Assembly (NCBI RefSeq): GCF_007748075.1
Contig: NZ_CP036280.1
Span: forward strand, 300,001-332,000
DNA length: 32,000 bases
Origin: Mucisphaera calidilacus
GTDB taxonomy: Bacteria; Planctomycetota; Phycisphaerae; Phycisphaerales; Phycisphaeraceae
Reading direction: 5' to 3'
Shown: positions 8,364-14,542 of the stretch, piece by piece
Layout of the letters: each line of letters opens with the position of its first letter
How positions within the stretch are numbered: position 1 is the stretch's first letter
The notes under the pieces: generated by a model
Seen by the model: only the letters and a program-made list of their open reading frames with translations
The model's database searches: none
Told to the model about the DNA's origin: nothing
Position numbers and translations under genes: made by a program

Positions 8364-8596
8364 ATCTTTGCGAAGATCCAGTTGTAGGTCTTCTTTGCGA
8401 TCCTGAATCCGCCGCCGAGAGCGAATGCCGCACCAATCGCCACACCACCGAGAGCCAACGCACCCATCGCCAGGTCGCTCGGCGTGATGACCGTGTCGAG
8501 GCTCGAGAGATCCGGAGGCGTGTACTGAGCCTGTGCCGACTGCAGGAAGGACAGGACCGAGCAGCACCCGGCCAACGCGAGAACCTTGAGATTCAT
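8360..8596 (-). CDS. Major coat protein candidate (pVIII-like): signal peptide, short ectodomain, TM helix, basic C-terminus
   Basis: 78 aa: 'MNLKVLALAGCCSVLSFLQSAQA|QYTPPDLSSLDTVITPSDLAMGALALGGVAIGAAFALGGGFRIAKKTYNWIFAKM'. A strong SD (aaaggag) lies 7 nt upstream. The size and architecture are typical of inovirus major coat proteins. Confidence 0.7.
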   Translation of the reverse strand: MNLKVLALAGCCSVLSFLQSAQAQYTPPDLSSLDTVITPSDLAMGALALGGVAIGAAFALGGGFRIAKKTYNWIFAKM

Positions 8597-8641
8597 TTGA
8601 ATCTCCTTTCTGCCGGATAATCCGGCTTTGTTTTGTGGGGT

Positions 8642-8758
8642 CTAGCGGCCCCACGAGATTGACAGCTGTATCGCACACATTCGGTACATCCAGAACCAAT
8701 ACGTCGCGGTCGCGGCTATCCCGTAACCGAGAATCACGTACCACGCTATCGAAGTCAT
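8642..8758 (-). CDS. 38-aa hydrophobic mini-protein (pVII/pIX-like by size and position); below the ORF-track length cut-off
   Basis: ATG at 8758 is preceded by gagga (tGAGGAtgtcgcATG) immediately after the upstream stop. It translates to 'MTSIAWYVILGYGIAATATYWFWMYRMCAIQLSISWGR*' with a stop at 8642-8644. It fills an otherwise unexplained 171-nt gap in a tightly packed operon. Confidence 0.45.
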   Translation of the reverse strand: MTSIAWYVILGYGIAATATYWFWMYRMCAIQLSISWGR

Positions 8759-8767
8759 GCGACATCC

Positions 8768-9391
8768 TCACACCCGCTTGAATAGGTAGTTGTAGAACTT
8801 GCGAGCAACGACGAAACCGGCGAGTAGGGCAATCATGACCCCGAAGGCCACGCCTAGCGATGCCAATGCACCACCTGCAAGCACCTTCGGCTCGATGACC
8901 TTATAGAATCCGACCTCGTCCTCACCACCCGACCCTCCACCGCCTGGAACTTCACCCCCCGGGTCTTCGCCACCTGATCCGCCGCCCGGTGTGCTGCCCG
9001 GCTCAATGTCGCCATTGAAACCAGTCGGTGCCTGTGTGATGTTGGATGTCGGCGTGTACCAGCTTACGAAGTCCCAAGCCGACCCATCCCAAGAAACCTC
9101 AATCTGATGCGATCCGTCCTCGATTGCTGTGGCACCCATCGACCACTGCCTTACGTCGCCGCCCGTCTCGACGGCCGCCCTGAATGTTGGGCCAGGCATT
9201 TCTGGAGAGACTGAGGAGAAGAGAGCCGCCATCTTATTCCCGATAGGGGCGTACAGGTCCGCTTCGACCCACTGTGTGCCGTCCCAGATCTCGACTGGCT
9301 GGTAGACGTCCTGAACGGTGACACCGATATCAGCCGCCTGAGCCGACGACACGAGCCACAACGACATAACCAGCGTTATCAGACGCATCAT
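8768..9391 (-). CDS. Secreted protein with a ~130-aa ectodomain, Gly-rich linker and a major-coat-like C-terminal TM anchor
   Basis: Signal peptide 'MMRLITLVMSLWLVSSAQA'. Linker 'GSTPGGGSGGEDPGGEVPGGGGSGGEDE'. The C-terminus 'LAGGALASLGVAFGVMIALLAGFVVARKFYNYLFKRV' parallels the 78-aa coat protein tail 'AKKTYNWIFAKM'. The ATGA overlaps the Rep stop. Confidence 0.65.
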   Translation of the reverse strand: MMRLITLVMSLWLVSSAQAADIGVTVQDVYQPVEIWDGTQWVEADLYAPIGNKMAALFSSVSPEMPGPTFRAAVETGGDVRQWSMGATAIEDGSHQIEVSWDGSAWDFVSWYTPTSNITQAPTGFNGDIEPGSTPGGGSGGEDPGGEVPGGGGSGGEDEVGFYKVIEPKVLAGGALASLGVAFGVMIALLAGFVVARKFYNYLFKRV

Positions 9392-10614
9392 GCAACGACC
9401 CCTCCCCTTAGCTGTGGGTTCACAAGCTCGTATCCGTCACCCATCCATTTCGCTGCGATGTGGACGTAGGGCAGATCTGCGAATCGGTCCGCGTACCTGT
9501 CTGTCAGGTCGTCGGGTTCCTTGATGCCGTACATCGAGCCAAAACAGCCGCGGAGGCGTCGACCGCTCAGAGCAAGCTCTGCATGCCAGTTGTCCGGGAT
9601 GGTGATGTCACCGAACTTCAACGGGTACTTCAGCACCTCGGCCAGGTCGTCGGCGATGGCCTCATCGGATGGGTTGTTGGTGTGCTCGAATGAGTGAAAC
9701 GGCCGGAAGTCTGCAATGAACGAATCACCCGTGATGCTCTCCCACTCGCGGCGGATGGAGTTCTGGTCCGTGTCGCCCGTGACCAGGACGGCAGCGTGTA
9801 GGTGCGGGTGCCAACCCTTAGAGCCCTTGCCCCTCTTGATCTCGATCGCGTAGGTGCCTCCTGAAAATGCGGCCGCGAAGGTCCATGGCTCCCTGCGCCT
9901 GCGCTTGCCTTCAGCCCATGCGAGGTAGGCACGACGCTTGTCGGTAAGGTGCCGCCAGTTCTCCACGAGATGGTTAAATCGCTCTGTGAGATCAGGACCG
10001 TTCCTCACCGTCAGCGTCAGGAGAGCCAAGTAGGCCGATGAGTGATCGGCTTGAGCTTCATCCAGGGCATGCCGAACTCGTGGGGCGTTGTCCTGGAGTG
10101 ACCGTGAGCAGCGACGCAGGGCACAAAACGGGCAGAGCCTGTACCGCTGGCAGAACTTCGCCGACGCCAGGAGAAGCGATTCGTCCTCGGAATAGGCCGC
10201 GAACTCTAGCCACGTGCCGCACTGCTCGAGCTCATAGGCGTAGTTAGTCCGGTCCTTCGCATCGAACGAGCCCGCCCGGGTGTCGATCGTCCGGAGGTAC
10301 TCGGCCATCTCGACGGCCCTGGCGTGTGCCGGGGTGTAGCGTGAAATTCTTTTGACGACCCCTGCGAAATCGTCGTCCCGCTCTTCCTCAGGACCGCCCA
10401 CGACTTGTTTCCATGTATCAAGCAGTGGACGCGTGCACGCGTGCGCACGCGTTGCAAACTGCGTGCCAGGAGACTCGGGGGCCTCCGCGACCGGCCCCCG
10501 AACCCCCGCCGCCACGCCCCCCCTTTGGGGTGCAGAGCCAACGACAAGACCCCCGCCGACGCCGGGACCAGCGTCGGTGAGGGGGCCTGTTTTTGTTGCG
10601 TCCGTGCTGCTCAT
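9388..10614 (-). CDS. Rolling-circle replication initiator, HUH endonuclease of the pC194/pUB110 (Rep_1) type
   Basis: RCR motif I 'ALLTLTVRN', motif II (HUH) 'GWHPHLHAAVLV', motif III 'AEVLKYPLKF' (catalytic Tyr). There is a Cys cluster, 'CQRYRLCPFCALRRC'. The first ~60 aa are low-complexity Gly/Ala/Pro, so the true start may lie further downstream. Confidence 0.75.
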   Translation of the reverse strand: MSSTDATKTGPLTDAGPGVGGGLVVGSAPQRGGVAAGVRGPVAEAPESPGTQFATRAHACTRPLLDTWKQVVGGPEEERDDDFAGVVKRISRYTPAHARAVEMAEYLRTIDTRAGSFDAKDRTNYAYELEQCGTWLEFAAYSEDESLLLASAKFCQRYRLCPFCALRRCSRSLQDNAPRVRHALDEAQADHSSAYLALLTLTVRNGPDLTERFNHLVENWRHLTDKRRAYLAWAEGKRRRREPWTFAAAFSGGTYAIEIKRGKGSKGWHPHLHAAVLVTGDTDQNSIRREWESITGDSFIADFRPFHSFEHTNNPSDEAIADDLAEVLKYPLKFGDITIPDNWHAELALSGRRLRGCFGSMYGIKEPDDLTDRYADRFADLPYVHIAAKWMGDGYELVNPQLRGGVVA

Positions 10615-10634
10615 CCTTGAGCAACTCCTAGTAA

Positions 10635-10895
10635 TCAGTTGCTGCAGAATTCAATCGCACGCCTGTGAACTTCGGTGTACATGTCGCCGTAGATGCAGAG
10701 CTTGCCGGGGAAGGTCTCCCCGGTGTGGAGCTCGATCTTGCCCGTCTCGCGGTTGAGCAGGCCGCACGACATGACCGGCTTGCCGTGCTCGAAGATGAGC
10801 ACGTGCACAACATCGAAGACGTCGGAGTTTTCATACTCCTTGCGTAACGCCTCGTATGCCCTGCGGGAGACAGATGAGTCGATGCAGTGGACCAT
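10635..10895 (-). CDS. Hypothetical 86-aa phage protein (replication/regulation module)
   Basis: Internal ATG 10895 ('MVHCIDSSVSRRAYEALRKEYENSDVFDVVHVLIFEHGKPV...') lies 4 nt after the upstream stop, preceded by a G-rich SD. The upstream part of the 172-aa track ORF overlaps the better-looking 90-aa gene in another frame. Confidence 0.5.
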   Translation of the reverse strand: MVHCIDSSVSRRAYEALRKEYENSDVFDVVHVLIFEHGKPVMSCGLLNRETGKIELHTGETFPGKLCIYGDMYTEVHRRAIEFCSN

Positions 10896-10899
10896 GACC

Positions 10900-11172
10900 T
10901 TAGGCCACCCCCTTTGACGGATCGATCTTGTCCACGATCCAGATCGTGTCGCCCCGGTTGTCGACCTGGGGCCACGCCTCAACCCTGGCAGGCTTGCCCA
11001 TGAGGTTCCTGGCTCGGTCGATGTTCTCGACGTCGCCGTCGCCAAAGCGCAGTGACATGGCGCCGCCCATGTAGGCGACTTCCAGTTGATGAGCCCAGAT
11101 GCGGCTCTTGTCCTTGGTCCGCAACTCGCGGACGTCCTTGACCTGAACTTCACCGATCAGCTTGATTCCCAT
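10900..11172 (-). CDS. Small (90 aa) beta-rich protein; candidate ssDNA-binding protein (gene V-like) by size and position
   Basis: It is the first gene of the phage operon, preceded by ggaaggg. The sequence is 'MGIKLIGEVQVKDVRELRTKDKSRIWAHQLEVAYMGGAMSLRFGDGD...'. The size matches inovirus G5P-type proteins. No diagnostic motif was recognised, so the functional call is positional. Confidence 0.4.
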   Translation of the reverse strand: MGIKLIGEVQVKDVRELRTKDKSRIWAHQLEVAYMGGAMSLRFGDGDVENIDRARNLMGKPARVEAWPQVDNRGDTIWIVDKIDPSKGVA

Positions 11173-11187
11173 GATTGAAACCCTTCC

Positions 11188-11228
11188 GGGTCAGATCACG
11201 GGCGCATAAGTGCTTCATCGTCTGACCC
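11188..11228 (-). promoter_or_regulatory. Inverted repeat in the phage intergenic region (candidate origin / packaging hairpin / leader structure)
   Basis: gggtcaga (11188-11195) and tctgaccc (11221-11228) form an 8-bp stem around a 25-nt loop. It sits just upstream of the first phage gene's SD. Further TGACC/GGTCA copies occur at ~11235, ~11266 and ~11279. Confidence 0.35.
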
Positions 11229-11420
11229 TTAGACGGTCAAATGATGAAACGGACCCCAGGTGCAGTGACCAGGTGCGTTGACCCGTCGTGCTGGTTCTGG
11301 TTATGCGTTCTCGATACACTGGGTAAGGCTCCGCTCTCTACAGCGGGGTCCGATCGTCTGCCCGAGACCGTCACGTTGCGGGCGAGACGAACCCGACGGA
11401 GATTACGCCTCCGCCGGGAC

Positions 11421-11461
11421 GCGGGTGTAGTTCAGTGGTAGAACGTCAGCTTCCCAAGCTG
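11421..11461 (+). repeat. attR: right copy of the 41-nt direct repeat (inside the intact tRNA)
   Basis: Identical, 41/41, to 3146-3186. Confidence 0.9.
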
Positions 11462-11491
11462 AATGTCGTGGGTTCGAGTCCCATCACCCGC
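11421..11491 (+). tRNA. tRNA-Gly (anticodon CCC), intact; its first 41 nt form attR of the prophage
   Basis: Cloverleaf read by hand: acceptor gcgggtg/cacccgc, D-arm gttc-agtggta-gaac, anticodon arm tcagc-ttCCCaa-gctga, variable atgtc, T-arm gtggg-ttcgagt-cccat. CCA is not encoded. Confidence 0.9.
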
Positions 11492-11606
11492 TTTGGAAGA
11501 TAAATCAAGTTCCGATCGCTAGTTAGCGAACTTACCCTCGTCGGGCGGTGCGGCTCTGCAAGCCTCGAAAAAGTGGTAGTTACCACTTTGGCTGTGGAGA
11601 CCGAAC

Positions 11607-12887
11607 ATGACCCGATCAGCACCTGAGAATCTTGTTCATTCTGACCTGCCGACGCCCCGTGTCCCGAGCTATCGCCTGCACAAACCCAGCGGTCAGGCGG
11701 TGGTCCGGATCAACGGCAAGGACTTCTATCTGGGGATCCACGGAACCGACGGGAGCCGCCGGGCCTACGACCGGTTGCTCGCCGAGTGGTTCGCCGGTCA
11801 CCGCCACACGCCGAGCCCGACCCGCAAGGCGGCAGCCCAAGAGCTGGCGGTCTGCGAGCTCGTGCTGGCCTACCTGCGTTTTGCCCAGACCTACTACGTC
11901 AAGAACGGCCGGGTCACCGGGGAGTACGCCAACATGCGCGACGCGGCGCGCCCAATGGTTCGGCTCTTCGGCGATGTCCCGGTACACGCCTTCGGGCCGG
12001 TGTCGCTTAAGGCGGTCCGGCAGGCGATGGTCGATGAGGGGCTTTCCCGCCGGGTCGTCAACGGCCGGGTCAACCGCATCCGCCGGATCTTCCGCTGGGG
12101 CGTCGAGGATCAGTTGGTCGATCCGCTCACGCTGCAGGCTCTGGAGGCGGTCGGCTCGCTCAAGAAAGGCCGCTGCTCGGCCCGCGAGTTGCCGCCGGTC
12201 CAGCCGGTGGATCTGGCTGTTGTCCAGGCGACCAAGCAGCAGGTCTGCCCTCAGATCGCCGCAATGATCGACCTGCAGCTGATCACCGGGATGAGGCCGG
12301 GCGAGGTGGTGCTCATGCGGACCCGCGACGTGGACCTGACCACTGATCACTGGACCTACACCCCCGAGTCGCACAAGACCGAGCACCACGGCCGCCGTCG
12401 TGTGATCTTCCTCGGACCCAGGGCTCAGGAGGTGCTCGGGCCTTGGCTTAGGACGCGTCAAGAGGCCTATCTGTTCAGCCCGCAGGAGGTGATGGCGACT
12501 GTCAGGGCGAGGATCCGCAAGCACGCCGGGAAGAAAGCACCACGGCGAAAGAGGTCCAGCGGTCCGCCGCGTGAACCCCGCGAGCACTACACCACCTCCA
12601 GCTACGCCCGGGCGATCCAGCGTGGTTGTGATCGGGCCTTCCCGGTTCCCGAGGATCAGCTGGAGCGGCTCAACGAGCAGCAGCAGGCCGATGCAGTACG
12701 TCGGTGGCGCGATCAGCACCGCTGGTCGCCGAATCAGCTTCGTCACAACGCTGCGACGCTGCTGCGCAAGCAGTTTGGCATCGAGGCGGCCCGGGTGATC
12801 CTCGGCCACAGCTCTGCGACGACGACCGAGGTCTACGCCGAGCGCGACCTGGGTAAGGCGGCGGAGGTGATGCGAGACGTGGGCTAA
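11607..12887 (+). CDS. Tyrosine recombinase / integrase of a second element, immediately 3' of the tRNA
   Basis: 426 aa with 'MRPGEVVLMR', 'HKTEHHGRRR', 'LRHNAATLL', 'ILGHSSATTTEVYA'. The motif set matches the prophage integrase, indicating paralogy. This is the classic tRNA-then-integrase island arrangement. Confidence 0.85.
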   Translation: MTRSAPENLVHSDLPTPRVPSYRLHKPSGQAVVRINGKDFYLGIHGTDGSRRAYDRLLAEWFAGHRHTPSPTRKAAAQELAVCELVLAYLRFAQTYYVKNGRVTGEYANMRDAARPMVRLFGDVPVHAFGPVSLKAVRQAMVDEGLSRRVVNGRVNRIRRIFRWGVEDQLVDPLTLQALEAVGSLKKGRCSARELPPVQPVDLAVVQATKQQVCPQIAAMIDLQLITGMRPGEVVLMRTRDVDLTTDHWTYTPESHKTEHHGRRRVIFLGPRAQEVLGPWLRTRQEAYLFSPQEVMATVRARIRKHAGKKAPRRKRSSGPPREPREHYTTSSYARAIQRGCDRAFPVPEDQLERLNEQQQADAVRRWRDQHRWSPNQLRHNAATLLRKQFGIEAARVILGHSSATTTEVYAERDLGKAAEVMRDVG

Positions 12888-12937
12888 AGAAGATCGCACC
12901 ACAAACTTGATAAAGCTGGGACGACTACCCCCGGTGC

Positions 12938-13351
12938 ATGACAACGCCACCTGACTATCTCGCCGTGACGAACTACTACGCCGAGTCGGACCCGATGAGG
13001 CTGCTGACGCTGCGTGAGACTGATGCATCTGCGCGGATCCGCGGCTCCCTGCTGGCTGCTGCGGCACGCATCGGTCTCGCCAGCGAGCGGTGCATCGAGC
13101 TGGATGAGCAGATCACCCAGACCCAGCAGCAGCTGCGCAACGCACCCAGCTGGCTGGGCACCGGCGAGCTCATGAGCCTGGAGCAGCGTGTCCTTTCGCT
13201 ACAGGCCGAGCTCGCGACCGAGCGTCGTGAGCTCTGGAAAGACCTTCAGCCTCTGGCTGAGGCGGCCCGCGATGCCGGTGTCGAGCGACAGCGACGCGGC
13301 TTTCTTCGCGAGATGATCCGCGGGCTTGAAGAGGTGACCGATGAACCATGA
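12938..13351 (+). CDS. Hypothetical coiled-coil protein (island cargo)
   Basis: 137 aa, helical and Gln/Glu/Leu-rich ('LDEQITQTQQQLRN...LEQRVLSLQAELATERRELW'). Its stop overlaps the start of the next ORF (ATGA at 13348-13351). Confidence 0.5.
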   Translation: MTTPPDYLAVTNYYAESDPMRLLTLRETDASARIRGSLLAAAARIGLASERCIELDEQITQTQQQLRNAPSWLGTGELMSLEQRVLSLQAELATERRELWKDLQPLAEAARDAGVERQRRGFLREMIRGLEEVTDEP

Positions 13352-13890
13352 GACGCATCGAGTCGCCCTTCGCCGATCTGGTTGCCGTGGACAAGCGGGC
13401 TCGTCGGCTCGATCTGGTCTGGCGACAAGCCAGGCCCGAGGAGCGCGTCGAGCTCGACATCGTCGCCGAGGTGATGCGTTCACGCTTTACCCACAGCCGT
13501 TCGGCCCTCCTGAGTCCCCCAACGCGGGATGAGGCCGACGGCCCGCTTCGGCTCGGCCGTATTCATCACGGCCGACAGGAGCTTGGTTATCTGGGTCTGC
13601 ACAAGCACGAACTGATGCAGGACGCCCTGTTCACCGGACGTTCGGGGTCGGGCAAGAGCACGGCGTGCCTGAACCTGATGATCAAACTGATCGATCAGGA
13701 TGTGCCATGGACGGTGATCGAGATCAAGCAGGGCCTCAGTCCGAAGCTCGGGCGTGGCTTCTACAGCGCCCTCGAAGACCTCGAGCCGGACCGTGCGTTC
13801 GTGGTGTACGCAGGCCGGGAGCGCTACCCCCTTGCGGATAGTGTCGAGGCGATCGGTCTCGCGGAGATCTGCTCCGAGCTCACATCCTGA
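13348..13890 (+). pseudogene. Truncated/chimeric P-loop NTPase remnant
   Basis: Walker A 'FTGRSGSGKSTACLNLMIKLI' is followed ~25 aa later by 'SPKLG...RAFVVYAGRERYPLADSVEAIGLAEI'. That second segment resembles only the extreme C-terminus of DUF4143-type AAA ATPases. No Walker B or catalytic core lies between them. An AT-richer non-coding stretch follows. Confidence 0.4.
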
Positions 13891-14542
13891 TGCCGGTCAC
13901 GGACTACCACCAGCTGCTCATGAGCCTAAGTCGGTGAGGGATCGGTGAATCATGACTTACCGCCGCTGGAATGACCGTGACCGTCAGCGGGCAGAGCTTG
14001 TGGTCAGGCTGGAGCTTGGCATTATGCTTTCAAAATGATCTATACGTCTATCCATCCTGGTTTCTCTATCAAGCGGGTGATTCCAAACAAACGCTGAACT
14101 GTCGCCGAAAACAAGAACCAAGAATGAATCAGGATTCGGGGAGAGGCGCAGTTCGGACACCGGGCTGCTGGTCTACCGGAAACTTGATAAGACGGTGAAG
14201 CTGACGCAGAAGGCTGCCAGAGTCGCTTGCCAGCCTGAAATCGTGGCTTTTTAGCATCGCGAGGCTTGCGTTCGCCTCGTCTGTGCGATAATATTTGCTC
14301 GAAATCGCCTAGGCAGCGTATCCGGGCATCCCAAATGGCAAAGGTCAGCCAAAACAGCTGAAGGCTCCGTCGTTATCAACTCCAGAAAAACGACTGAGTG
14401 TCGTACAAGTGTTTGGCGTGAGATGAAATATTAACTCCTAACTTTCAACCAACATATAAGGACTACTAAGGATATTGATGCTGCATCGGCACTGTGTGCT
14501 GCGTGTATATGGTGCCGATCCGAGTTTACAGGAGAATCAACC

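Larger units (their letters stand above)
3146..11461 (-). mobile_element. Integrated filamentous-phage (Inovirus-like) prophage, about 8.3 kb including both repeat copies (8275 bp as a single-copy circle)
   Basis: Perfect 41-nt direct repeats lie at both ends. All genes sit on one strand and are tightly or overlappingly packed. The order is ssDNA-binding-like, small ORF, HUH Rep, small coat-type proteins, pVI-like, Zot/pI P-loop ATPase, pIV secretin, tyrosine integrase next to the att site. Confidence 0.8.

Noticed and set aside
8364-8771. N-terminal 136 codons of the 292-aa track ORF 7893-8771
   Set aside because: This part overlaps, in other frames, both the SD-preceded 78-aa coat gene and the 38-aa ORF, and it reads as Arg/Ser/Asp-rich filler. 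A GTG start at 8363, coupled to the coat-gene stop, gives a sensible signal peptide.
11241-11441. 66-aa plus-strand ORF in the phage intergenic region, considered as a possible divergently transcribed repressor
   Set aside because: It runs into the tRNA gene, has no SD and no HTH-like sequence, and is Arg-rich. It was therefore not called, which leaves the prophage without an identified repressor.
11616-13067. 483-aa minus-strand ORF covering the second integrase
   Set aside because: It is antisense to a frame with all tyrosine-recombinase motifs. Its composition is Arg/Pro/Gly/Leu-rich low complexity with no recognisable domain.
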